64,000 nt of DNA from Methanocaldococcus indicus (GTDB taxonomy: Archaea; AGJL01; Methanococci; Methanococcales; Methanocaldococcaceae), in the NCBI RefSeq assembly GCF_049554935.1, contig NZ_CP186926.1, positions 416,001 through 480,000 of the forward strand, read 5' to 3'. Each line of letters starts with the position of its first letter. Within the stretch, counting starts at the first letter, position 1. The position numbers were made by a program, and so were the translations under genes. The notes beneath the pieces were generated by a model, which was not told the DNA's origin, did no database searches, and worked only from the letters and a program-made list of their open reading frames with translations. This document shows positions 29,601-38,958 of the stretch, piece after piece.

Positions 29601-32076
29601 AGTTTTCATATTTACTAAATCCTTTTTTATCAATGATGTCATTTAGTCTATCAATTAAATCATGCTCATGACTGCCTAATGTGTAGATTACTTGCCCGGA
29701 AGTTTCTCCTCTAAATCCTATGGCTCCTTCAGCAGCATACAATCCAAGCATCCATGCAGTATCTTCATCAACCTCAAACTCATTAATTACTTTAACTCTT
29801 GAAGTTATATCCTTTGGTTCAAACTCTTTTAAATCTAATTTATCTTTTTCTCCTTCAATATTAGATATAAAGCTTAATAGACAATCTCCAACCTTTATAT
29901 CACTTGCTTTTCTTGCTACTAATCCATTTTCATCAAGCATCATAATAGAGTGGTTTCCTGTTAGTTCTATATATCCACCTTCAAACTTAACTCTTAAGAT
30001 TTTATCTACTTTATGCCTAATTATTGTAGAAACTTTTCTCCATCTAATTTTGAAATCTTTATCAATAGTTAAAACCTCTAAGTTATCAACTTTTTTATAC
30101 ATCTCATTTTCATCATTGGTGTTAAAGTATATCTTATCAAGCTCTTCAAATGTTGTTCTTTTTATCTTTCCATCTATTTTAACCAATATTGGAGTATTTT
30201 TTGAAACGGAGGCATTCAATTCCAAAAAGTTTTCTTTCCAATTTTCTCCAAATAAATCTCTTGCTAAACAAAGGGCTGTAGTTGTATTGTGTAGTATTGT
30301 TGGTAAATTCCCACCAATGAAGTTATGATATTTTGGAACATGCAAATCATATATTGTAAAGTCACCATTTAATTGTTCAATTTCTACAATCTCATCCCAG
30401 TAGATTTCGTTAGATGCTAAGAATAAGATATAACTAATACTATCCATTAATTTTTCATCATTGAGAATATCTCTTACAAGTTTGAGTTCAACCTTTCTAA
30501 TTTCTTCAAGCTTTTCAATTTCTTGTGTATTGCTTTCTAAATAAATCCTTATACTTGAATTCCATGTATTGAGCATCCTTCCTATTTCTGCATAACTTGA
30601 ATATTTCTTAGCAAATACTCTCATTGCATCTATTGTTTTTTCAATATCTTTATTTAAAGCATTAGCAATTTTTATGTAATTCTTTAAACTTGGTTTTCTT
30701 TTACCTTTTATGTATTCTAAAATCCTATCACTTCTTATTTCTGTCTTTTCTGCAATTTCTTTTCTTCTTTTTTCAACATCATTCCAATCAATTAATATAC
30801 TCTTTTCTAATATTTTTTCAATTTCTTTTAGCTCTTCTAATCTGTAATATATTTCATTTAAAAGTTCTTGAGCTATTTTTTTGCATTTATTGTAACTCCA
30901 ATTATCCTTTTCAATATCCCTCGTTAATTTAACTTTTAATCTATCCCTAATGTATTTTATTTTCTCTTTGTCAATAGTTATAACATCTAAGTTTGGATTT
31001 TCATCTTTTATAATATTTAAAAGCTTTTTAAGTTTTCTTTCATGATTAAAGCCAATATTATCTAAAAATGCTTTTAAATTTATAGAGTTTGATATTACAA
31101 TATGGTAATATTTCTTGTTATTGTTTTTATTTACTTTTTCTTTTAATTTTGCAATTATTCCAAACCTTAACAATGCATAAGTTAAATCCTCTGCCATCTT
31201 TTTGCTTGCAGTTGATAAAACTATCGAATGGCTTTCAACACCTCCATCACAATCAAAGTATGCTCTTAAAAATGCTTTTAATGCTCTACTTTTCATTATT
31301 TCTTTTGGAATTCTAACTTTATCTGCCTTACTTCCCCTTAAACCAAGCTTATCAATTAATGCCATTGCCTCTTTTGAATTAACATAAATATCTGGTGTTC
31401 TGTCTTTGTGTATTCTTTCTTTTATTTTTGCATCTTTAAATAATCTTTTAGTAAGTTCTGCAAATCTCTTTCTAAGTTTTTCATCACTGTTTGTGAAGGT
31501 TATCTTATTTGATTCTTTATCTGCATGCCCATCTCCAATGAAATAACCAAGCCACTCTGCTAAATCATCATTAAAATCTTTTTTTTCAAATAAGATGTAT
31601 CTTGGTGTTGCTAACTTATCTCCTACTTTTAAATTCTCTGCTTTTACCCATTTTATTTCTCCATTTTTATTGTTTATTAGTAAAGGATGATAAGTAGTTA
31701 CCTTTAACTCTCTACCCATTTTAGTTTTTATTTTTATTAAGACATTTGTTTTATCTTTATAGACATATTTAACATTAAATTCTTTAATTTTTCCATCTTC
31801 ATCAATTCCTAAAACCTTTAAGTTGTTGGTTAAAGTAGCTCCAAACTTTCCACTACTTATTTCTTCAACAACTTCTCCAATTTCTTTAACTTCTCCATTA
31901 ACAATAACTCTTGTATTTCCAGTTAAGCACTTCCCAACTCCTGGAGGTCCAGAGAAAAGTAGATGGGGCATACTTTTCTTTTCAACATACTTTTTTAATC
32001 TTTTTACTATTTCTTCTTGTCCAACAACTTCATCCAATGTCTTTGGTCTATATTTCTCTACCCATGGCTTTTCCAT
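26545..32076 (-). CDS. rfcS: Replication factor C small subunit with three inteins (316 aa after splicing)
   Basis: PWVEKYRP, GPPGVGK|TT, ELNA|SDERG, DESD, FILS|CNY, SRC. Confidence 0.97.
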   Translation of the reverse strand: MEKPWVEKYRPKTLDEVVGQEEIVKRLKKYVEKKSMPHLLFSGPPGVGKCLTGNTRVIVNGEVKEIGEVVEEISSGKFGATLTNNLKVLGIDEDGKIKEFNVKYVYKDKTNVLIKIKTKMGRELKVTTYHPLLINNKNGEIKWVKAENLKVGDKLATPRYILFEKKDFNDDLAEWLGYFIGDGHADKESNKITFTNSDEKLRKRFAELTKRLFKDAKIKERIHKDRTPDIYVNSKEAMALIDKLGLRGSKADKVRIPKEIMKSRALKAFLRAYFDCDGGVESHSIVLSTASKKMAEDLTYALLRFGIIAKLKEKVNKNNNKKYYHIVISNSINLKAFLDNIGFNHERKLKKLLNIIKDENPNLDVITIDKEKIKYIRDRLKVKLTRDIEKDNWSYNKCKKIAQELLNEIYYRLEELKEIEKILEKSILIDWNDVEKRRKEIAEKTEIRSDRILEYIKGKRKPSLKNYIKIANALNKDIEKTIDAMRVFAKKYSSYAEIGRMLNTWNSSIRIYLESNTQEIEKLEEIRKVELKLVRDILNDEKLMDSISYILFLASNEIYWDEIVEIEQLNGDFTIYDLHVPKYHNFIGGNLPTILHNTTTALCLARDLFGENWKENFLELNASVSKNTPILVKIDGKIKRTTFEELDKIYFNTNDENEMYKKVDNLEVLTIDKDFKIRWRKVSTIIRHKVDKILRVKFEGGYIELTGNHSIMMLDENGLVARKASDIKVGDCLLSFISNIEGEKDKLDLKEFEPKDITSRVKVINEFEVDEDTAWMLGLYAAEGAIGFRGETSGQVIYTLGSHEHDLIDRLNDIIDKKGFSKYENFTGSGFDRKRLSAKQIRILNTQLAKFIEKNFYNGNGRKAGDKRIPDIVYELKENLRVEFLKGLADGDGSGNWGGVVRISSKSENLLIDTAWLARISGIESSIFENEVRLIWKGKMGWKKGNLLPSEPIIKMIKKLDSKIKGNWRYILRHQLYENKKRVSKDKIKQILEMVDVEKLTDVERKIYNLLQKLSETEIHALIVKEIEVIDYNDFVYDVSVPNNEMFFAGNVPILLHNSDERGIDVIRTKVKEFARTKPIGDVPFKIIFLDESDALTADAQNALRRTMEKYSDVCRFILSCLTGDAKITLPDEREIKIEDFIKMFEKRKIKHVLNRSGEDLVLAGVKFNSKIVNHKVYRLVLESGREIEATGDHKFLTRYGWKEVYELKEDDGILVYPALEGVEFEVDNRKIINLNEFYEFLTKYELKIGYKPYDKAKTYKELITKDKEKILNRVLELSGKYNKSEIKRKIEEEFGIKISLTTIKNLIDGKINGFALKYIKKIKELRWDKITYDDEKAGIFARLLGFIIGDGHLSKSKEGRILITATINELEEIKKDLEKLGIKSSNIIEKDINHNLDGREIKGKTSFIYIDNKALYLLLNFWGVEIGNKTINGYNIPKWIKYGNKFVKREFLRGLFGADGTKPYIKKYNINGIKLGIRVENISKYKTLEFFEDIRKMLKEFEVEADIRVSKIDNKNLIELIVKANNKNYLKYLSRISYAYEKDNFARLVGEYLRIKEAYKDIILKDIAEKALKEVDGEKSLRELARKYNIPVDFIVNQLKGKDIGLPRNFMTFEEFLKEKVVDGKYVSERIIKKECIGYRDVYDITCLKDHSFIANGLISHNCNYPSKIIPPIQSRCAIFRFSPLKREDIAKKLKEIAEKEGLKLTEKGLDAIIYVSEGDLRKAINVLQTASAISDVIDDEVIYKVSSRARPEEVRKMMDLALEGKFNEARDLLYKLMLEWGMSGEDILNQMFREINNLNIDEKKKVQIAEAIGETDYRIVEGANERIQLSALLAKLGLIGK
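27088..28716 (-). mobile_element. Intein RFC-3 (543 aa), LAGLIDADG
   Basis: FILS|CLTG...LGFIIGDG...GLFGADG...SHN|CNYP. Confidence 0.93.
28903..30210 (-). mobile_element. Intein RFC-2 (436 aa), LAGLIDADG
   Basis: ELNA|SVSK...LGLYAAEG...GLADGDG...LHN|SDER. Confidence 0.93.
30286..31929 (-). mobile_element. Intein RFC-1 (548 aa), LAGLIDADG
   Basis: GVGK|CLTG...WLGYFIGDG...AYFDCDG...LHN|TTT. Confidence 0.93.
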
Positions 32077-32098
32077 ACTTTCACCTAAAAAGATTTAA

Positions 32099-33394
32099 TT
32101 ATTTAACTTCTATATTTGCTCCTAAACTTCTCATAACTTCTATAAAATTAGGAAATGATATTTTTACAGATTCCTCATTGTCAATTATTGTCTCTCCTTC
32201 TGCTTTTAATCCAGCTATGGTAAATGCCATAACTAACCTGTGGTCATGATAGGTATTTAATTTGGCTCCTTTAAGTTTTTTAACTCCTTCTATTATTAAT
32301 CCATCTTTTCTCTCTTCAATCTTAGCTCCCATCTTTTTTAATTCAGTATAACAAGCTCTTAATCTATCACTCTCTTTATATCTTACATGTTCAGCATTGT
32401 AAATTTTAGTTTTTCCTTCTGCAAAACATCCTAAAACTGCTAAGGTAGGAACTAAATCTGGAATATCCTTAGCATCTATATCTATCCCTTCTAAATTATA
32501 TTCTCCATTTAATATAACTCTATCTTTTTTAACTTTTATATCTGCTCCCATCTCTCTAACAATTTCAACAATTTTTTTATCTCCTTGCTTAGAATTTTCA
32601 AATAAATTAATTATTTCAATATTTGAATTAATTAAGACACCAGCTGCTATTAAATAGGATGATGAGGAATAATCACCTTCAACAGTATAATCTATATTTT
32701 TATATTTTTGATTTCCATAAACTAAAAAACCATCCTCTAAGACTTCAACTTTTATTCCAAATTTATCTAATATGTCAAGAGTTATGTCTATGTATGGTTT
32801 AGATTTCAGTGGAGTTGTTAATTCTATTTTAGTATCCTCTTTATTAAATGGTAAGAGCATTAAAAGAGAAGTTATAAATTGTGAGCTAATATCTCCTCTT
32901 ATTCTTACTAAATTCCCATCTATTTCTCCACTTTCTACAATAATTGGAGCTGTTCCATCCAATTTTGATGAGAATGCATTTATATTTATTTGTTTTAGAG
33001 CATCTAACAATGGTTGCATTGGTCTTTTTCTTATAGAGGAATCTCCTGTTAAAATAGCATATCCCTTAGGAATTAATGAAGATAAAGAAGTTAAAATTCT
33101 CAAAGTTGTTCCACTATTTCCAACATCTATAATATTGTCAGGAGTTTTATACTCCCCACCTTCAACAATCCAAACATCATCTTTTAAATTTAGAGTTATT
33201 TTAGTTCCTAACTTCCTACAAGAATATACAGAAGATAAGCAATCTTTACCCCATAATGGTGAATATATCTTACTAATTCCATTAGCTAAACTTGCTCCAA
33301 TAACTGCTCTATGTGTGTAAGATTTTGATGGAGGTGCTTTAACTTTTCCTTCTAAATAGTCAGTTTTTCTAACAATTAACAAATCTCTCACCAA
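32099..33394 (-). CDS. aroA: EPSP synthase
   Basis: PPSKSYTHRA, GNSGTT, SSQF, KESDR, DHR; likely TTG start at 33382. Confidence 0.97.
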   Translation of the reverse strand: MVRDLLIVRKTDYLEGKVKAPPSKSYTHRAVIGASLANGISKIYSPLWGKDCLSSVYSCRKLGTKITLNLKDDVWIVEGGEYKTPDNIIDVGNSGTTLRILTSLSSLIPKGYAILTGDSSIRKRPMQPLLDALKQININAFSSKLDGTAPIIVESGEIDGNLVRIRGDISSQFITSLLMLLPFNKEDTKIELTTPLKSKPYIDITLDILDKFGIKVEVLEDGFLVYGNQKYKNIDYTVEGDYSSSSYLIAAGVLINSNIEIINLFENSKQGDKKIVEIVREMGADIKVKKDRVILNGEYNLEGIDIDAKDIPDLVPTLAVLGCFAEGKTKIYNAEHVRYKESDRLRACYTELKKMGAKIEERKDGLIIEGVKKLKGAKLNTYHDHRLVMAFTIAGLKAEGETIIDNEESVKISFPNFIEVMRSLGANIEVK

Positions 33395-33480
33395 TTGATG
33401 ACTATAATTTAAAATAGTCCAAAACTTATTTATATTGGTTTAGTCCCAGAAATATATAAACTATAACTAAGTGATTAGTT

Positions 33481-33585
33481 ATGAGCTTAAAATCAAGATT
33501 AATATTTTTATTAATATTCACATTATTAGTTTTATTATTATCTGGATGTATTGATTTTCACCATCACTACCATCATGATTGGTAA
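33481..33585 (+). CDS. 34-aa His-rich micro-lipoprotein; not in the ORF track
   Basis: MSLKSRLIFLLIFTLLVLLLSGC-IDFHHHYHHDW*; lipobox LSGC; upstream TATA (AAATATATAAA ~33450-33460) and GTGA RBS; downstream T-tract. Confidence 0.7.
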   Translation: MSLKSRLIFLLIFTLLVLLLSGCIDFHHHYHHDW

Positions 33586-33646
33586 TTTTTTTCTTTTAAA
33601 TACTATATAATTTAAATTTTTTACTAATAATAAATTAGGAGATAAT

Positions 33647-34153
33647 ATGCCAACAACTTATGAATTAAAAATTTATGAAAAGGTTCAACATGTTGGGTTT
33701 AGGGATAGGATTGAAAATATTGGAAGGGGTTTAGGGATTGATGGGATTGTTTATAATCATAAAGATGGTAGTGTTAGGATTTTAGCAAACTTTGATGATG
33801 AAGAGGATAAGGAATTGTTCAAAAAATATATTAAAAGATTGGAAAAGAAAGATAAATTAATTAAAATTGAGAAGATAGAGGAGAGGGAGTTAAATACCTA
33901 TATTGAGTTTCCAGAAGGGATTAATAGGATTTCAGCAGATGATTTAATAGAGTTAAATAAAAAATTAGATGAAGGAGTTAAATATATCAAGCTGATTTTT
34001 AGTGAGTTAGAGGAGCATAAAAAGATTTTAATAATGGCATTAGATGAACTAAAAGAACATAAAAAGATATTATTAGATATAAAAGAAACTCAATTAAAAA
34101 TATTAGAAAAATTAGACAAAATAAGTGAAATATTAGAAAAAAGATTTATTTAA
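33647..34153 (+). CDS. Acylphosphatase-like protein with C-terminal coiled coil
   Basis: KVQHVGFR...VYNHKDGSV; heptad tail with a duplicated ELxEHKKIL. Confidence 0.8.
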   Translation: MPTTYELKIYEKVQHVGFRDRIENIGRGLGIDGIVYNHKDGSVRILANFDDEEDKELFKKYIKRLEKKDKLIKIEKIEERELNTYIEFPEGINRISADDLIELNKKLDEGVKYIKLIFSELEEHKKILIMALDELKEHKKILLDIKETQLKILEKLDKISEILEKRFI

Positions 34154-34160
34154 ACATAAA

Positions 34161-34237
34161 ATGCCCCCCTGTTGGCCCACGCTCCTGATGTAGCAGAGGC
34201 TAAAAATGAGGGAGCGTCGGATGCAGGGGGGACATTT
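34161..34237 (+). ncRNA. H/ACA-box pseudouridylation guide sRNA
   Basis: GC-rich hairpin: lower stem CCCCCCTG/CAGGGGGG, pocket TTGGCCC/CGGATG, upper stem ACGCTCC/GGAGCGT, K-turn CTGA...ATGAG, ACA (34232-34234) 14 nt from the top of the pocket. Confidence 0.8.
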
Positions 34238-34847
34238 ATTCATCTAAGTGTATTAAAGAAGGAGTAACTGTTTTTTGGTATTTATATTTAGAAGATTTTC
34301 TTTCTGAATAACCTATTTTTGCAGGGCTATTTAAATAGCTAAATATGAGTTGTCCAATTCTTTGATTTTTGTATAAAATAACTGGCTTATCGAAAGCTAT
34401 AATTTCTAAGGTAATTTTTCCTTTAAATCCTGCATCTATCCATCCAGCAGTTTGGTGAGATGTTAAAAATATCCTACCCAAGGAACTTCTCCCTTGATAT
34501 TGAGCACAAATATTGTTAGGTAACTCAATATATTCATTTGTTGTTCCCAATATTCCCCCTTCAACAACACAATCAACATTGTATTTTTCTTTAAAATAGT
34601 TAATTTTCTCATCTGTTAAATTGTAGTTTAAAGGGCAAACTAAAATAGAGTTTTTTATTTTTATTTTTTTATAGTTCATCTCTCTTTTTAGGTCATATAC
34701 TTCATTCTCATAAATAATAAATTCATCTCCTAATGTTACATCATAAGAAGATGGCCCAACAAATTCCTCATTGAATGGAGTTATTTTTAAATCTCCTTTT
34801 TTTATTAGAGTTAGAATATCTACATCACTTAGTATCAACAAAATCAC
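34236..34847 (-). CDS. dcd: dCTP deaminase (bifunctional dUMP-forming type)
   Basis: ILSD, GRSSLGR, AGWIDAGFKGKITLE. Confidence 0.93.
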   Translation of the reverse strand: MILLILSDVDILTLIKKGDLKITPFNEEFVGPSSYDVTLGDEFIIYENEVYDLKREMNYKKIKIKNSILVCPLNYNLTDEKINYFKEKYNVDCVVEGGILGTTNEYIELPNNICAQYQGRSSLGRIFLTSHQTAGWIDAGFKGKITLEIIAFDKPVILYKNQRIGQLIFSYLNSPAKIGYSERKSSKYKYQKTVTPSLIHLDE

Positions 34848-35591
34848 CTAAATTCTATATTTATCTAAATAGCCCCTTGGAGCTACTATTTTATTGTCCA
34901 ATATTTTTGTTTTAGAGTTTCCAATAATTAGGAGTGTGTTCATATCTATATAATCTAAATAATAATTCAGATTGTTTAAAATTTCTTTGGTTGTAGTTAT
35001 TTTTACCTCTTCTTTTTCTCTTCCAGCATTCTTTACTATTCCAACAATTCTATCAATATCCATATCTCTTATAATCTCAAATGCCTTAATAAATGGTTCT
35101 TTTCTTCTCTTACTCAAGGGATTATAGATGTTGATTATATAGTCTCCTTCCAAAGCTAATTTAAATCTCTTTAAAATCAAATCTAATGGAGTTAATAAAT
35201 CACTAAAACTTATAACCACAAAATCATGATTTAGAGGGCTACCTAATAAAGAAGAAGCAATTAAAGCTGATGTAAGTCCTGGAATAACTCTAATTTCTAC
35301 ATTAAAATTTTTTTTATAATTAATTTCATAAGCTAATGAAGCTAATCCATATACAGTAGCATCTCCTGAAGATACTAATGCAACATCCAAAGTTTTAGCT
35401 TTTTCCAATGCAAACATAACTCTGTCTATCTCTTTTGTCATTCCAGTTGTATATATCTCTTTATTGAATCTTTCAACATACTTTTTATAACCTTTATAGC
35501 ACACAATTAAATCAACTTTATTTAGTATTTCCTCAGCTTCAAAAGTAAAATGTTTTTTATTTCCACTACCAATACCAACAACATACAACAT
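34848..35591 (-). CDS. cbiH: Precorrin-3B C17-methyltransferase
   Basis: VVGIG, VSSGDA, SFSDLLTP, YNP, PRGY. Confidence 0.9.
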   Translation of the reverse strand: MLYVVGIGSGNKKHFTFEAEEILNKVDLIVCYKGYKKYVERFNKEIYTTGMTKEIDRVMFALEKAKTLDVALVSSGDATVYGLASLAYEINYKKNFNVEIRVIPGLTSALIASSLLGSPLNHDFVVISFSDLLTPLDLILKRFKLALEGDYIINIYNPLSKRRKEPFIKAFEIIRDMDIDRIVGIVKNAGREKEEVKITTTKEILNNLNYYLDYIDMNTLLIIGNSKTKILDNKIVAPRGYLDKYRI

Positions 35592-36631
35592 TACTTAACC
35601 CTCTTTAATACCCCTTTTATATAGTTCTCTATTTTTATGTTTATTTCATCTTTTAACACATCTAATAGTTTTTTATGCTCTTCTGAAATGTTAATTCCCT
35701 CATCTTTATAAGGTGTTTTCTCTAATTTTTTCTCACATAATAAAACATCTAAATCTGTAAATGTTCCATATAGTTCCCAACCTGTTGTTTTAACTTCTTT
35801 CTCTATCCAATGAGCCAATTTAGTTCCATAAATTGAGAATAGTGGGAACTTTGTTATTACATTTGAGCCAGAGGATAGTAGAGGACTAACCATTGGAACT
35901 TTATCAGTCCATATTCCTGTTATTATTTTAATCTTTGGAAAAGCTAATCTAACTGATGAAACCCAATTCATATACTCCAAAGTTGTTACTGATGGTTTAT
36001 TTTCATAAATAGTTCCTTTTTGTGGATTTAGGGAGTAGAAGGTTATCCTATCCAATTCTAACTCTTCAATAAGATTTAAAAGCTTTTCAATATCTTCCTC
36101 TCTCTCCTCCAATCCTAAAATTATAGTTATTCCTGTTTTTAAACCTAAATCCTTAGCTTTTATTAAAAAATCTTTTATTTTGTCTAATGGCTTTCCAGGA
36201 CAGATTTTTTCTCTATTTCTTAATGTTTCTACTGCCCCTACAACTCCTTCAATAACATCTAAATTTAATCTATCCAAGTCAGTTATTCCTACATTTAAAT
36301 ATTGTTTAGTTTTTTGCACATAAGCTACTAATTCAGCTATTCTATTAATCTCTTCAACACTATATCCATAACCTCCTGAGATAAATTCCAACTTCCAACC
36401 TATTCTTTTCATTAGAATAGCCTCTGCCAATATACTTGCTAAACTTCTTCTTGCTAATTTTGGAGATGAAATTTTATCCTTCTGTGTGCTCATATAACAA
36501 AACTTACAGGGCTTATCCAATGAACAATACCATCCTAAAAATAGAGCTCTCTCAAAAGATACATAATCAAAATGTTTTAAAGTTAGTTTATAAGCTTTTA
36601 TTGCATTCTCTAAAACTTCATCAACCTTCAT
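35591..36631 (-). CDS. BioB-like radical SAM protein with CX5CX2C motif
   Basis: GWYCSLDKPCKFCYM; GITIILGL; LNPQKGT. Confidence 0.75.
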   Translation of the reverse strand: MKVDEVLENAIKAYKLTLKHFDYVSFERALFLGWYCSLDKPCKFCYMSTQKDKISSPKLARRSLASILAEAILMKRIGWKLEFISGGYGYSVEEINRIAELVAYVQKTKQYLNVGITDLDRLNLDVIEGVVGAVETLRNREKICPGKPLDKIKDFLIKAKDLGLKTGITIILGLEEREEDIEKLLNLIEELELDRITFYSLNPQKGTIYENKPSVTTLEYMNWVSSVRLAFPKIKIITGIWTDKVPMVSPLLSSGSNVITKFPLFSIYGTKLAHWIEKEVKTTGWELYGTFTDLDVLLCEKKLEKTPYKDEGINISEEHKKLLDVLKDEINIKIENYIKGVLKRVK

Positions 36632-37052
36632 AGCTCTTCTCCATATACTTCTCTAATAATTTAGATGGAACTCTTGTCTCAAAACCTAACCTCTCCAATA
36701 TCATATTTGTAAGAATTATTTTTAGTATCTCTTTTCCTTCTTTTGATGTAGTTATTTCATTCAACTTTCTACTAATAGCAGGAGATTTTAACTTTTTTAG
36801 TACCTCTGCTATCTCTTCCTCAGAAATTCTACCTTTTTTCTTTTTATAAATTGTATCAGCTATTTCTTCCAACTTTTTCATATCAAAAGGTAAATACTCT
36901 AAAAATTTCTTTGAGACAGTTTCATCAATAGATAACAACAATCTTGCTATTTCTATATCTTCAACATTTTCATCTATTTTTAACTTTTTTACAACAAACC
37001 AATTTTTATGTTTTGCAAAGAACTCAATTCTTTCCTCCAAATATCTCACCAA
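36621..37052 (-). CDS. Conserved archaeal hypothetical protein (DUF2666-like)
   Basis: IEFFAKHKNWFVVKKL...IARLLLSI; translationally coupled to its neighbour. Confidence 0.55.
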   Translation of the reverse strand: MVRYLEERIEFFAKHKNWFVVKKLKIDENVEDIEIARLLLSIDETVSKKFLEYLPFDMKKLEEIADTIYKKKKGRISEEEIAEVLKKLKSPAISRKLNEITTSKEGKEILKIILTNMILERLGFETRVPSKLLEKYMEKSYEG

Positions 37053-37061
37053 AATTTTAAT

Positions 37062-38105
37062 TTATTTTAAATCTTTTAATAAGTTATAAATTAATTTATA
37101 TGTATTCTCTAAATCTCTTTTATCTATAACTTCAACAGGAGTATGGATATATCTTGCAGGAACTGATAAAACTCCTGTTGGAATTCCTTCCCTAACTAAA
37201 TGAATAGCTGTTCCATCAGTTGTTCCTCCTTCTCCAACCTCTAACTGATAAGGAATATTATACTTTTCAGCAGTATCTTTTAACAATTTTAAAACTTCTG
37301 GATGAGCAATTAACCCTCTTCCAGATGCATCAGCAATATCAATAACTACCCCTTTTCCCAAATCAACAGGTGCATCTTCTTTTTTAATTCCTGGATGGTC
37401 TCCTGCAATAGTAACATCAATAGCTAATGCCAAATCAGGATTTATCTTATAAGCTGATACCTTAGCTCCTTTTAAACCAACCTCTTCCTGAACAGTTCCA
37501 ACTAAATAAACTTGACAATTTAAATCTTCTTTTGATAAATTTTTAGCCAACTCTAACAATATAGAGCATCCAACTCTATCATCAAATGCCTTTCCTGTTA
37601 ATCTATTTTTCCCTAACTCATTTAATTCAGCTATAAATGATACTGGAGTTCCAATATTAACTCCCATCTCTATTGCTTCCTCTCTACATTCTGCTCCAAT
37701 ATCTATAAACATATCTTCATATTTTATTATTTTGTTTCTTTCTTCTTCCTTCATTCTGTGAGGTGGTTTAGAACCTAAAACCCCTATTAAATCTCCTTTC
37801 TCTCCATGGACTTTAACTTTTTGATTTAAAATAGTTGGGTCATATATACCTCCTATCTTTGTAAATTTTAAGAATCCATTATCATCAATATATTTAACCA
37901 TTAAACCTATTTCATCAATATGGGCAGCAATCATAACTCTTTTTCCTTTATCTCCAATTTTGGCAATTACATTTCCAAACTTATCAACTTCAACCTCACA
38001 GTATTTTTTTAGCTCCTCTACCATATAACTTCTTACACTATCCTCTCTACCAGATATACCAGACAATTCTGTTAATTTTTTTAAATATTCCAATAACATA
38101 ATCAA
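37062..38105 (-). CDS. M42-family (TET) aminopeptidase
   Basis: [30 protein letters not shown]. Confidence 0.93.
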   Translation of the reverse strand: MIMLLEYLKKLTELSGISGREDSVRSYMVEELKKYCEVEVDKFGNVIAKIGDKGKRVMIAAHIDEIGLMVKYIDDNGFLKFTKIGGIYDPTILNQKVKVHGEKGDLIGVLGSKPPHRMKEEERNKIIKYEDMFIDIGAECREEAIEMGVNIGTPVSFIAELNELGKNRLTGKAFDDRVGCSILLELAKNLSKEDLNCQVYLVGTVQEEVGLKGAKVSAYKINPDLALAIDVTIAGDHPGIKKEDAPVDLGKGVVIDIADASGRGLIAHPEVLKLLKDTAEKYNIPYQLEVGEGGTTDGTAIHLVREGIPTGVLSVPARYIHTPVEVIDKRDLENTYKLIYNLLKDLK

Positions 38106-38191
38106 ACCTCCAAAATTTTGTTTAACAATTAACCAATAGGATTAATTAAATATAAACTAATTAAAATAACTTTTTTTATAATAACTTTTAT

Positions 38192-38947
38192 TTATGATAC
38201 TGGAAGCACAACAGAATAACCTTTTACATTTTCAATAATAACATCAACACCATACACTGCTTTAATATTTTCAGGGGTTATTATTTCTTTTCCTCCATAG
38301 GCATAAACATATCCATCTTTCAACATTATAAATTTATCAGAAAATCTTAAAGCTAAATTTAAATCATGCATAACAATAATTGAAGCTATGTTTTTAGATT
38401 TTGACACATCTTTAATAATCTTCATAACTTCCAATTGATTTTTTAAATCTAAGTTGTTAGTTGGTTCATCTAACAATAAAACTTTTGGTTCTTGAACTAA
38501 TGCTCTTGCTATAATAACCTTTTGCAGTTCTCCACCACTTAACTCATTTGTATATCTTAGTGCATAATCTTCTAAATCTAAAAGTTTTAAAACTTTATAG
38601 GTAAGTTCTATATCTCTTTCAGATACCTCCCATTTAATATGTGGCTTTCTACCTAAGAGAACTGTATCAAATACAGTCATATAATTACCTTCTGATTTTT
38701 GAGGAACATAACCAACTAATTTAGCCAACTCAGAGTTATTTAACTTATCTATATCAAAATTATCAATTAATATTGTTCCTTTCTTTGGTTTTAGTATTTT
38801 ATTTATGCATTTTAAGAGTGTTGATTTTCCAGCCCCATTAACTCCTAAGATTGAAACAACTTCTCCTCTTTTAACTTCAAATTTTATGTTGTTTAGTATC
38901 TTTCTACTCTTGTAGGAAAATTCTACTCCATCAACTGAAAGAATCAT
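38192..38947 (-). CDS. Fe-chelate/cobalamin-type ABC transporter ATPase
   Basis: [27 protein letters not shown]. Confidence 0.92.
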   Translation of the reverse strand: MILSVDGVEFSYKSRKILNNIKFEVKRGEVVSILGVNGAGKSTLLKCINKILKPKKGTILIDNFDIDKLNNSELAKLVGYVPQKSEGNYMTVFDTVLLGRKPHIKWEVSERDIELTYKVLKLLDLEDYALRYTNELSGGELQKVIIARALVQEPKVLLLDEPTNNLDLKNQLEVMKIIKDVSKSKNIASIIVMHDLNLALRFSDKFIMLKDGYVYAYGGKEIITPENIKAVYGVDVIIENVKGYSVVLPVS

Positions 38948-38958
38948 AATACCACATT

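Noticed and set aside
34004-34075. 42-nt spaced repeat (ELxEHKKIL x2) in the acylphosphatase-like gene
   Set aside because: Ordinary coiled-coil heptad duplication, already diverged at the nucleotide level
34161-34237. GC-rich hairpin as a SECIS element or terminator
   Set aside because: No UGA-interrupted selenoprotein ORF nearby; K-turn, pocket and ACA geometry fit an H/ACA RNA better
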